64,000 bases of DNA from Balanoglossus misakiensis (lineage: Eukaryota; Animalia; Hemichordata), in NCBI GenBank assembly GCA_040954595.2, contig CM082576.2:9117129-9181128 (forward strand), read 5' to 3'. Position 1 is the first letter of the stretch. Each line of letters starts with the position of its first letter. A program made the translations under genes and the position numbers. Below are positions 1 to 12,761 of this stretch, piece after piece. The notes beneath the pieces were generated by a model, which made no database searches, was not told the origin of the DNA, and worked only from the letters and a program-made list of their open reading frames with translations.

Positions 1-3000
1 AGAAATAGCTGAAATGGCAGAGCATTGAGTGAGCGGGGAGTTGTCGTAATGTCAAGATTGAGGAGAATCTGTGTTGTCATCTCAAAGTATGAGAGAGACC
101 TACGATGACCTTCTCGGGGCATGCAAAACACGCGGCAAATAAGCCTTGTCATGTCTGCTGCAACATTCCATCTCTTGTTTTCATTTCGTGTGCGTTGCGC
201 GTTCAGACTGCAATCAGGAGCCAGTCGGATCTCAGTGTTCTCTGTGTGTATCTGTATCAAGTCAGGTCAGCCTACATGTAGTTACGTATTTATAAAAATT
301 GTAAAAATATCCCAAAGTTACAGCTAATGGAGCTTTCAAGTCATATCACCAAGTAATATCAGAGCTGCGCTGACTGTAATTTACCAGAAGTTCCTTGCTG
401 ACACATGGTTGAATTTAGACCCGATCTTTTCACTTTTGAATTGATATTTCTATGCAGGAAGCCATCCAATTTACATACTGATCAACTAATTTTAAAATTT
501 GCTATTTATATCTTGAAAGCATCTGTCTCAAAAGCCAAATTTATCATAACTCTACATTTCAATAAATTCAATTACATTTTATATTTTGGTCTGACACTGA
601 AAGCTATTTATAAGACCATCAACATATTAATTATTTTCATGGTCTTAGTTACATTGTGTGTTTATGAAAATGCAAGATTTTTTATAATTGCACTGTAGGT
701 TATTGACCTTTGATGAATGCAGACAGTATGTACGCACACAAAATTTATAGTCCTCAAATTGTTATTCCATCATGGAATTATCGCTGATTCTGCTGTGGCC
801 ATCTTGTCCCACACAAAACCCTTGCACAGTTTCACTATGGCTGTTGATCACAGCAAAGAACTTGCTGCATTGTCAAAAATAGGCTCTGTGTCTTTCTCCC
901 TAATAACAATTTCTTGCTGTAATTTTGTGGCAGTCAAAAACCAAAATTTGATGATCTCGCAGCAGTTAATGGGGAGAAAAGTTGTTAGAGGGTCTGCTTA
1001 ATCAGTCTTCAAAGCAAGTTGCATCAGATCAGAAGCACACAATACAATCCAGGGTTGCAGAAAATCTTAATCCAGTGCTAATACATATCGCATCTAACGC
1101 ATGAAAACGTGAATGCTGTCCTAATCACAGTTTCACATCTCATCTGCACTCGGTGACAATATATCACAACAGCCTTACAAATGTATCTTACACTGGGATA
1201 AGTTCTCCGCACACTATTTTCTAGTCTTTCAATACCTCAATAAACTCAGCAATACAACATTTATATAAATCCATTCATGCAGCCATTCAGGCAGAAATCC
1301 CCTCACATTCTATATGCTTCCATATTTGACATTTATAATACTGTAAAAATGCCGACTCCTAATCAACATAGACGTACGGTTGCTATGCACCTTTTCTCCA
1401 CGTACACTTGGATAGGCGAGCGCACCAGGCATTGCTTTGAGCTGTCGTTTGGCATATTCATTCTACACAGAAATTATCACCACAGTTACCATGGATATTG
1501 GAGATCAATAGCCAAGGCACAGATTATTACTCGGGTGGGCATTCCATTGGGACATTGTGTAATTTACAAATATGGTAGCGTATTGTACAATAGAACTTCA
1601 TGGGTTACGGCAGAAGGTCTATAAAAATATAAGTCACTAGTGTGTGTATAAGCAGTCTGTTTGGCTGTTATTTAGAGGTGTTCTGAAATCAGCTTCTTCA
1701 AATTTGTTGATACAGAAGCGAAGTTGCTACTTGGACAATTGGAATGTACGGTACAATGACTGGTACATCCATTGATTTTGTGGTGAGATCAAATATGGCT
1801 GACTTTAACATATGTATTCGTTTTTGGAGACACATATTTCTCAACAATGTCATCTGCAAGAGCTGGTATATCTTTTGTAGTATCGCAATATATGGAGGCT
1901 AAAAAGTTGTTATTGTACATCTAGTGTCCTTACTTAAAAATGGCAATGTGTAGGTCCAGTTGTTGTTTTCAAATTTATTCCATCGGATTAGATATAAATA
2001 AAATCGAACATTCAGTTCATTTTATCGTGCCAGTGAAATTTATTACACTAACGGCAATTCAATTTTTTAAAATAACACAGAATAATGATAGCATTTTGCA
2101 AATTAGAAAAAAAAAAGGCAATTAATGGGAGACTGTTAGAGCCAATCATATTTCAGCATATGGTAATCACTCTTTTACTGACAGAAATTAGTTGAAATGC
2201 ACCCGGAACCCCGTTGATGGGATATGTCTGCGCATTCCTATCGAATGAGTGAGTGATAGTGGTAAAAAATGCTGTAACAAAGACATAAAAGTGGATTTGA
2301 GTAAGGGAGTCCTGGCGGGAATTTAATCGGGGTGTTTTCCGTGAAACCGGGTACACAAGCTGCCCAGGCTCTTTATCATACTGAAAAATCAGGATATATT
2401 CAACGGCGAGTTAATGTTTCTTTCATGAAGTTTTGCACGCAGCAAACTAACAAATTATCCTCGTTGGAAATCCATTTTTCATTTTTCGCTTCATGTACGC
2501 ACCTGGTACTTCACTGGCAAACACTGCAGATATTTAAAGCTTAAACATTTTACAAATTTATGTAAAGTCTTTTTTTTTTTCAAGGCCCAATCTGTTCTTG
2601 ATAGCTTTGGTGCATTAGATTCTGTGTTGTATTTGGTGTAGTCCATGATATGGTCATAAGTTTCCAATGAAAAATTTCAATGGCTGTGCGTAGTCTTTTA
2701 TGCAAACAGCCATTTCGGTCTAGTTAAATTCTGTAATGCAGTCTGATACCAGAAAATCTTAGTGAGTATGTTTACTGATATAAATTTGCCTTTAATGCAA
2801 ATACCATAACAGCCGTAACTGTTGGAATCTATTATTATGATACATTCAGGGAAATAATGAAATCTTCCCCGTTTCCAGGTGCCAATAAGAGTAGAGAGCC
2901 CCGGTTTGTGTCTTTGAAATTCCATTGTCAAAATTTCTGTTCAAATTTTTTTTAATGCTTGAAAATATTTTTTTCTGTTGCCACGACTATTTTCACAAAA

Positions 3001-3023
3001 ACACGTGCTGATTTTCATTTCAG

Positions 3024-4136
3024 GATGGACACCCTCACAGCGCTCTACAAAATAGGAACCCTGTTCAGTGGCAAAGCCGAGCTGGTCCACGACTTCAATC
3101 TCTTCCTACCCAGTAATTACAGACTCTACATGGGCTCGGGCGATTCGGGCGATACCACTGTCAGCATCGACGGGCAGCCACCAGTCTCCCTGGACAGTCT
3201 GCAGGAGCGCATACAAGCCAGCCAAGCACCAGTGAGTGGCATGTGTGGTGCATTTATTTCCCTATTTTCATCATTCTGTGCTTTTTTTGGAAGGCTTGAA
3301 TGGTTCCTGAAGTGGCTGGAAACTCGTTAATCGGAGGATTAACTGCCATTCAGTGCACAGTGGTGATATTTGCTGGGCAGTTTTTTATTGGCGCTTGACT
3401 TTACGTGTCTAATCCCTTGACCAAAGGTTTTTAGTGAAATTTATGCTTTGGTTTATTAAGAGAGAATGAATTTGTGGTGCGATTGCCGTTCATCTCTGAA
3501 GATTTATAGCGAGAAAACGAGACGGATTATTTTTTATAGAGGATGTTGAAAGACAGAAAAAAGGAGAGATATTTTCAGTTATGCATGCAGTGATATTGTT
3601 GTTTTATTGTGTCGATGTGTATGTGTCACACACAGTTCCAGTTCTGTAATACACGCTTCTCCAATTCGGTGAATATGTTGTGAACATTTAAATTAGCTCT
3701 GCTCTCAACAAGGTGAAGCTTATCAGATAAGCAGATTGTCTGTCAACTGTCATCAACGTGACTTTCTTGCAGAAACCGCTGCTTGTTGTATACAGCTTTG
3801 ATATTGTGCGTGTAAGTCCCTCGGGTTGTTCTAACTTAGTTTTGTTAAAATTGGGACAAAATAAGCATTATATTTTATCATGCTACCATCCGCCATTGTG
3901 ATTGGACGAGAGCTCAAACGGCCATTTTTAAGATCCACCATTTTGTTTTGTATTTCTCATCACAGGAGGGGAGTGAGGCACCAGGAGCCGAAGCAGCGAC
4001 TGGCGACAGTCCAGACAGTGGCACTTCAAGTTACACTATGCCAGCTGAAATAGACTCTGCTCTTCTGAATGAGGTCACTTCCAGGCTCAGACAGAGCACA
4101 ATAGAACCTTCGCAACCACAACAACAACAACAGTGA
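3024..4136 (+). CDS. 3' part (last two exons) of a gene encoding a Sin3-type PAH (paired amphipathic helix) domain followed by a short low-complexity tail; 5' exons not found in window
   Basis: Exon 3024-3231 (ttttcatttcag| ... cca|gtgagt) encodes MDTLTALYKIGTLFSGKAELVHDFNLFLPSNYRLYM, matching the second half of Sin3 PAH1 (IDTxxVxxRVxxLFxGHxxLxxGFNxFLPxGY). It splices in phase 0 to exon 3966-4136 (cacag|GAG; EGSEAPG...QQQQQ*). AATAAA at ~5468 and ~5615. Confidence 0.65.
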
Positions 4137-7100
4137 CATTAATATCACTGTTACCGGGCCGACTTGAGAGGAGAGGGCGCAGGGTTACAAGTGAAATCCA
4201 TGGCAACACATTCTTGCACATCACTTGTGGTGTTTTGGAAAATCTCATGCAGGGGTATCTGTCTCCATTTGATCATAAACTTCCATGGAGAAGACTAAAA
4301 TTAACCATGAAATGGCATTAACTTGATCATGCATTGTGAAACTTTCCCTTGCGCTAAGTCTTGTACATATCTTTTTTTTGTCATCCGTAAAATTTGTGAT
4401 ATTCATGCAGCTATGTTGTTGGAATCAGAATCACGCTTGCAATCCCGAGTTTCAGAAAACAGATATCAGTACATAAAAATGCATTCAGCGGAATTAAGTG
4501 ACAAGCGACTTCAAATTCTGTCTGGCTTGCTTTCAGAAAGCAACCGCACTTGGTTTTCCTTGTCAGTGTTCGGTCTGTTACAACTACTTACACGTAACCC
4601 CTTGTGAACCCAAACGCTGCCCCCCCCCCTCCAAGTGAACTGGGTGATATTGCATGTACATGCGGGAGAAGACACCCATCTATCACTGGGAAACTGCAGC
4701 CTCGCAAAGTAACCAGGAAACTCGATGTGACAGAGTTATTGCCCCTTGACTAACGCCCTGCATTGCGACAACGCTGTAGCCTTTCTCTCTGCGATTTGAA
4801 CTTTGCACACGTGTGCACACTGTGTGTGATTTGATGTGACTCAAACCAAGCCAGTGTGAAGTAAAAGACGCTTCTCCTGATCAACTGTCGCTGCTGAAAT
4901 TCTGTCTGCAGTTTGTCGGTCTACCATTGCCAGATTGGCTTGTCAGCGGGTGCTCCAGGCTTAAAAAAAATAACCAGGCAGTGATGAGAAAATTAGAACG
5001 TCAATATAGCGCTCGTGACTTGGTTGCTAAGTTTCAGCATCTGCAGCTACTGTGTAATGTTCCAAGGTGCTAACATTCATGATCGAAATTGTTTTTTTGA
5101 AAAAAGGGGGAATCGCTGTATCGTTCTTTCACATACATGTACAGTATTATCAAGCAAGGATTCTCTTCCATAACACGCACATACAGAAGGTGTCTTCATT
5201 TTCGTAACGGTGCGAAAGGGGAAAACAACTATTAATATTCGCTGTCAAGTGTACATGAAACTTGTTTTCCAGTATTGTGAATTCTTTTGTATGTTTCTGT
5301 TTAAAGGGCATTGTTATTATTGTTGTCAGCTGTGTTGTCTACAAGGTCCATTGGTTCCAAATGCAACCAGCCGTGCAAAGAGGGATACCATTTGCAAGCC
5401 CCGCAGACATATAACCCATGTGAGAGCTCTCTTTATGTAAGAGCAATGCTCCAGAACATAAAAAAGAAATAAATCATCTGGATTTTCTGAAGTGACAGTT
5501 ATGCAGCAATTTTCGAGTGGTGCGATGTCCCTGTGATATAATAGAGTGTTGATGTTTTTTTGCAGTCAACTGGTTTATTGCCTGTTGATTGTTGTCCTGT
5601 GTCGTTTATTTAAAATAAATCACAGAACCGAAAACAAAGACTTGTCGTACCCTGTGATTTCATTGACGTCACTGGCATTTGGGAGGTGATCGAACTGACC
5701 CATATTATTTGACCCCTGCAGTCTCCTCACCAAATACTATAATAGTAACTGATGAAGCAAAACCGGGCTTTGTTCTGTTTGTTGCTCGGAAAACAACGAG
5801 TTGAACAGAGACAACAGATTCTTCACGTTTCAGTATTTTCCTTCACAAAGTGTGCAGTCATTGCTATTAGAATATGAAACATGCGCACAGCATCTTACGT
5901 AAATGCTAGCCACAATCTAGACTTTGTGGTTGCGATAATCACAGCTTAAACATGTTCCATACTTTCCACGTAACGTGCAGACACCTGTTTTACTGGAGAC
6001 TGGATTCCGTTTAATTTCAAAAACATTGCCAAAAAAGATACTCGGGGGTTTATAAACTCCCAAAGGGATAGTTCTGAGTTCATCAAAGCGTAGCTCAAAA
6101 CAAAGCCCAAAGCCTGTCAAAAGAACTTTCTTAGTGTGGTAGTATTAAAGACGTCTACTGCATTTTAGACAGAGAGGATTCCAATACATGTACTAGAGTT
6201 TACTACAGTTAGGTCTGCATTCATATCATCCTTTCTGTATTTATGTTGTTTAAGAGGGGAAAGTCACTTTGCCATATTCTATATAGCCAACCGTGATATA
6301 GCTTCAAATCACAGTAACTGTGTTCGCAATGAAAAGGTCTCGTGATTAATGCGTTTGCAATCTCTCTCTCCCAGACCCCACAGTTGGCCGTAACAATTGA
6401 AACGCTTGGGCTTTCACGCTTCGTGGCGTTGACTGCCTCGGCTTTGTGATGATGATGAGGAGCTGTGCCAACAAAAAGTGAGGTGATCAGCCAGCATTGT
6501 CCGTGTAACTGTTACAGGTAAACACGCCGATCCGCTAAGTACAGCCAGACGTGCCGTTTCGGAACTGAAGCAGCACTAGACAGATCTCCGTGATGTTTTT
6601 TTAAAGTGGTGAACCCGGCGTATTTTGGCATTTCCATGGACGATTGTCAATGTTTTATCAGCTTTTCAAAAACTGCAACAACATATTTTTTTCAAACTTC
6701 TAAATGTGACGTGATTTGTCTCGAACTGATCAGCTAATTTCAGTCCAATGCAGTTTTCTCATGTGCTGAAAGAATTTCAAAAGTGAACGTAGAACATCTT
6801 CATTGCCATATTGTCGTCGATGTTTGCTGATCACTATTGACCAAGAAATATTTTCTACTGCAAAAGATTGCATTTGCCTACTTTCTATTAGCTCCTGTAA
6901 GTCCTGTTTTGTATAAGAAGGGATTTTTGGCAAGAATCGCTAACATAATTCGCCCATGTATCTCGGTTTAGATGCGATTGATTTCCATTGCTTTGAGTGG
7001 ATTATCCGCAAGGCAACACTCTCACGTGCGTACTTTTCGATCGGTTAATTGATGCGTTCGTGATTGTACAGTTGGAAAGTCTTCTCACTTCAAAAGTAAC

Positions 7101-9671
7101 ACGGTGAAAACAAATCATAATCACTTTGATAAGAACGCTTAGCTTTCAGTACACCCGCGAAATGTATTGATCGAGTGGACACGAAGAACCGCCGTAGTCT
7201 AAGATTTACATTGACGCTGGTTCTGCTCTCTGTCACCTGAACAAATGAAACCTTCGATTTCCACTTCCACCGGGACGACTATGCCGAGATTACTTCTCAG
7301 GGAGCTTCCAATAATTACGATATGGAGGGGACAAGGCAGATGTTACAAACCTGTCATGTTTAGGGCCAGACTTCCCATTATTTGGAATGTAAGGTTAAAA
7401 TCCTCGCATGGAAAATTGAATTTTTGTTTTTCTCGAAAAAAAGACTGCCAGCACAATATTTTCTCATTAATCTTCTGAAGTGACTCCCGCGTAATCTCGC
7501 AAATGGGGGGTGCTATGATTTAGAGGCCTCTTTGGGCTGCAAATCTATCCCTGAGGCATCATCTTTAGAGGTACACTCCGAATCGCGATCTACTAACAAC
7601 TTCTGCGTTCAGCTCTCCATTCCCTGAGTAGTCATTCGCGCGCAGCATATTTTATCACAAGACACCACAGAACTGCGTTTCAACCCCGAATCCATCCTGG
7701 TCGCCGTGCTTTTTTTCGTGCCAAAGTTATCTCGTAGGCCTCATTCATCGCGAGTCTCGAATTATATCCTGAACTCCCCACCTTATGTCTATTCTTAAAT
7801 TTTCTTATTTCGGAATAATATATATATTCATCCACGTTCAAGCTAAAATATATTTCCATGCAGTTGGCAGACCGTCTCTTATGTGCAGTTCAGTAAACTC
7901 CTTATCGCTGAATTACTCAAAATTATATTACACAAGCAGTGACGTCAGGAAAACAAATAGCATTAGCCAGCAAATTGAATTTAGTATTTAATATCGTAAA
8001 CGGTTGAAATGTTGACGTAATGTTACATGCAATCTCAGCATCCATTATTATCTCATACAGCCTTTTCTTTGTGACTTTTCCCCCTCCAAGTCGCGGTGAA
8101 ATTATTGACCGGTGAAACGAGATAGCATCAATGCAGGTATTCACAGAGAAAAAAATGTCTTATTGTGCAATGCAACCAAAAGCCGTAATTCAGCCATATG
8201 CTCGGAATCTGTGACGTCATAAACTACCGTAGTTCGTAATACGCAAATGGGTCCATAATTGCTTTCGTCACATCCTGATTTTGGCTTCTTTCTATTAAAG
8301 TTGTAGCTGGGATTGATACCAAGCGGTTAAGTTTAGCGTGAAAATGAAAAAAAAACGGTGACACGACCGACGTCGTTTGTTCTTCATCTGATGATAAACC
8401 GTCTTCAGTACGTGGGCGAAGGATCATGAGGATGTTTCCTGCAGTATGTGGACGGGTGTACATTTCAATACGGCTTGTCGATTCCTCGGTTTGCTAAATG
8501 CGACTCTGGGTCGAATTTCAACTGGATCATAGTGCAGTCTGGATGGGAGGATATCACGCAGGAAACACGATCGGCTCATCTGAAACCACCTAACGGATGT
8601 TCACGGCGGAAAGGTCGACGATGACGTTCTCGCCTTAAATAATTACTAACAAAAAATGCCCATCTTCCACTCGGAAAATCAACATTTGTTCTAGACCACT
8701 ACACTAGATCATGTCCATAAGGGTGGGTGTTCACTGCCTGCATATATAATATCAACCGCAGCAGATATCACTGGAAGTTGTCAGACTGTTGTGTTTTTTT
8801 CTTTAATAATACATATATAGCTGAAATCACCTCCATAATTTAAACAACACATGTTGTCTCTATATATAGACATACAGCAGAATCTTGAACAAGTATTCTA
8901 TCGCGAGTAACTAAGCGTAACAATAAGACCGTAGTTTGATTATCGTCTGTGCAGGTGGGGAAGCAACATTTCTCCTCGGCCCTCCTGACATTGCAAAGTA
9001 TGCTGATGCAGATTGAACGGGAATTGCATACAGTCGTTGCTGACATTAAGGACTGACTCACTTTTCGCGTCAAATAAATAGACGTGGGTGAAAAAAATTG
9101 CTGAGGGCACTTTAATTATCTCCAAGGAAACGCCATAAAGCAGCAATCACTGTTTTAATCACAGTTGATGTCTAAATCAAATTACGAATATATGAAATTT
9201 CGCCGCAGATCGTTTGATGGTCTTGTTTGCGAAAGTGAAATTGATTTCGAAAACAAGGAAAGTGTCCGGCGGTTACTAATACTGATGCGTTTCAAACGCA
9301 CGTAACAGAGAAGAATTTCTCTGAGAAATGGAGGTGTAAAGTAGATAGCACACGAGCGTAGAGAAGATTTGATATCATTGAAGCTTGAGGAGAAAAACGC
9401 TCGCTTAAGTTCTCTCTTTTTCCCGATGAATTCCCGTTCGCATTTTCAGTGCCCTGGAATGCTTCACAAGCGGTGCCCTCGTGGCTCAAAGTAAATACTT
9501 CGGTACTCTCCGGGGAGTACAAGTGCCGTGAAAATGTTAGATTTTGAGTCCTTATGACGCTTTTTGTACTTCCAAGTTGCATTTCTGTATCAAGATAGGT
9601 CGGATGCCATTGTGTATGACTATAACGATATTTCCCACAGCCTTTTCTATTTTCGGTGACATGATCTCTCC

Positions 9672-9765
9672 ATGTCTCTGTCCCCCTGTGTCTGTCTCTG
9701 TCTGTCTCTCTGTGTGTCCCTGTATGTATCTAGTGTCTCTCTCTGTCGCTCTTTGTGTTTCTGTC
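9672..9765. repeat. Degenerate (TC/TG)n simple repeat
   Basis: atgtctctgtccccctgtgtctgtctctgtctgtctctctgtgtgtcc... visible directly. Confidence 0.7.
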
Positions 9766-11340
9766 TGGAGTGGCATTATGTGTCTCGTTTTGGCTCAGAG
9801 AATAACTCGCGTAATTATATAAATTTCCAGATTAATCATCGCAATCAACCCAACGAGATTATCGTTCTGTAACTGTAACTTTGATGGAGCGCATTTTCCC
9901 TGCTAGAGTTCTTCAATCTGTACAAATTTGAATTGAACGCTCGTATTTTTCTTATTATCTGGGGTTCGCACGCAGTCCTAAATTGCCTTTCTCGGACTCG
10001 TGAGCTTACGTGCCTGAGATGAAAGAAAACACACTAAAGAGGCCTCAGAAGACTGCGGCTTTGCCTCTATATCGAAGAAAGTCGCATTGCAAATCAAACT
10101 TCTTCAAATTGTGAGATACCTGAGTGAATATCACGTATACCAACCTAAAGCACGCGTCCGTCTCTGTTCCCTTTTGAGGCTTTTCTGCCAGTCGCTTTGA
10201 CAACCGCGGGGTCGGTGTGAGTAAACTTGAATATCTTACTCGGCGTGAATCGTACATAATTGGTAGCGGTGATATGTGGATTCACACGTATCGTGGCGAG
10301 TGGGAAAAAGCCCGCAGGGATGACTGATGTATAAGTTTATTTATTATCTTACACTAGTAGTCCACCGTAGCATAGCCTGTCCGACGATATATTTGGGTAT
10401 CACCGTGCATTTCTTACAGTGACGTCATTATAGTAACTATGATGATTCTTATTTTCACTGTTTATCTTTGGTTTGTTTCATTGGAGAGACCGTGGCTCTG
10501 GTTGTTTAGTATTAACTGCTTAAAGTCATGCATCTCACAGATGCTTGAGGTCAGAGTTCGCGCTAGACGGACAAGTGACCAATTTTATCACATTTCTCTA
10601 CACAGTGATATTAAGTCATATTTTGTAAATTATTGCAAGTTTTACAAATAAAACAAATTTGCACTACTTTGGGGGCTTGACCCATGCAGCTGTTGATATT
10701 TTTATCTTATTTGACAGGTGTGAAAAATGATCTGGTACTAAATAAGTTGCGTTTGATCAATATTATGACTGATCGTGTGTTACAGAATAAAAATAACATT
10801 TCTCGTAATGTATTACCTTCGCCCACTTCAACAATGATAAAGTCTAATAAGTTTTGCAAAATTGCGCTTTATATTGAGATTATCACATTCTGGATATTCG
10901 CATGGGCGTGGTTTTTGGACAGGTATAGTTTGCATGACTGAGCTATGTGTAAATGTTCACGAAAATGACAATAACAGAAGTGGGTTTGCCAACAAATCTC
11001 ATTGTAGGTCCCTAATCCCCGCAAATCCACGTTTTCCGCAGTGCGCATACACACATGCGTATACGTGATACGCTTTTACCATAAATTGACGCGGGCATGT
11101 GTACATTTGAGATGACCGTATTACCCTTATGGTAATTGGGTAATCTTACCCATAGTTACCCTTGAATATTTATTCCTTTTATGGTCGAAACTTGTGCTTA
11201 GGAACATCGTTATTACGGCTCCAATCTAGGGTCGACTGTACTCACCCGTACATGAAATAATTGGATTGGAGGAGATTATAATCTGTTCTCTGTATGGATT
11301 GATTTTATTGGTGATTATACTCACCTGTACACGAAATATT

Positions 11341-11387
11341 TGGATTGGATTGGATTGGATTGGATTGGATTGGATTGGATTGGATTG
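11341..11387. repeat. (TGGAT)n pentanucleotide microsatellite
   Basis: About 9 perfect TGGAT units. Confidence 0.95.
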
Positions 11388-11459
11388 TAACGTTTAGACA
11401 ACTTGGATTCGATTGTAATACATTCTTTCTGTAAAAGGTTGATTGTTTAACTTTAATTA

Positions 11460-11495
<36 letters not shown>

Positions 11496-11558
11496 GTGAT
11501 GGTGGTGGTGGTGGTGATTATGATGATGATTATTGTTGTTGTTGATGTTGTTGTTGAT
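11460..11558. repeat. Compound (TGA)n/(TGG)n/(TTG)n microsatellite
   Basis: Directly visible; it generates the spurious poly-His/Asn ORF 11457..11657(-). Confidence 0.95.
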
Positions 11559-12099
11559 CTCGGAAATGTCCAATAACTCGTGGTTTCGCTTACTACTGAA
11601 TTCAATATGCGCATACATTTTATTGACTGTGATGTTTACTTTTGTAGGCCGTACCATTGACTGTGTTTTGATCGTTGATCAAGAACTTTGACATCTCGAT
11701 TTGCCGTCACTACGGGCAACTCTTCAACGCTAACATTTGAATATCAATGCTATTCTGCGTTCAGAGTCAATACGCCACGGCTGATTAAGTAAGCGATTAA
11801 ATTCTGCTCCCGTTATGTTTTTTTATTCACTTGAATGAAAACGGAATCAATTTTTATTGGGTATTCACAGGAAACTTTGGGGCTTTATGTTCAATCTCAT
11901 CACCATTTCGCTTCCTCTCTGCCTCATTCACGCCGGGTTTTTTTTCATGAGCTTTCGGGGACAAAGTCGACGTCGAAAGCGTAGTTAAGTCAATTGTTCC
12001 GCAGTCGGGTTCGTAGGCCTACTTCTGGTGACAGCGAGGGGGAATTTCATTTGTCATACTGAACCAGTGAAGGTCTCATGTTGTTGACGATGATGATGA

Positions 12100-12761
12100 T
12101 GATGATAACTATGAAGGTGATGATAACAATTGTCACAACAACGGTGACGGTCGTACTGTGGCGTGTACAAAGGTTTCACTCGCCGTTTTTTTATTACACA
12201 AACATTTCATTTCCTCGACACCATCGCTAAATCTACATACATCTATACACTCGTTGGTGGCTGGCGCTGTTGGTGTTATGCAATGAGATCGCACAGGATT
12301 TGTCGGCATTGACGTCATCGCTGCGTGTGAACAGGCGCTCGCGATTGGCAACCACACACAGCTTCACTGTCTCTTGACCAACAAGGTACGCGTACGCTCT
12401 GCAGACAGACCGGGCTTTTTTTAGTGCTAGCTGCAAAGCTCTTTGCATGACTGGAGGCTACATTCGTGTTCGTAAACAACTCGGAACCTTTGCCGAGGAT
12501 CTGGAATAAGTGGATTTTTTCCCCTGCCGCGGTCGATTCTGTGAAACGCCGGAGATGAGTGGACATTCCGACAGTCTACTTACCACTCTCACTGCAACGT
12601 GACTTCTCGTTCGCTGTACGTACATACGTACGCGTGTACGCGCGCTGTTCACCCAACCTCCTCCGGTTCCCGACTGATACTCGCGGCGACCGTGGTGTCC
12701 ATTCTCGCGTCCTTCGAATCACCGAAACCGAACGGACGGACGGACGGCTGTGGGGAAAAAC
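12100..12761 (+). promoter_or_regulatory. CpG-rich promoter/5' UTR region of the SLC24 gene
   Basis: Local rise in GC/CpG immediately upstream of aaacATGg at 12762; CRE palindrome TGACGTCA at ~12310. Confidence 0.5.

Noticed and set aside
121-2931. Several 60-115 aa ORFs upstream of the PAH exon, and a search for the exon encoding the first half of the PAH domain
   Set aside because: No recognisable motifs or consistent splice phases; treated as intron of the PAH gene
5770-5815. Imperfect hairpin (TGTTCTGTT..CTCG..CGAG..AACAGAGACA)
   Set aside because: Short, with no SECIS, miRNA or snoRNA hallmarks; likely chance
11457-11657. Poly-His/poly-Asn ORF on the minus strand
   Set aside because: Artefact of the (TGA)/(TGG)/(TTG) microsatellite
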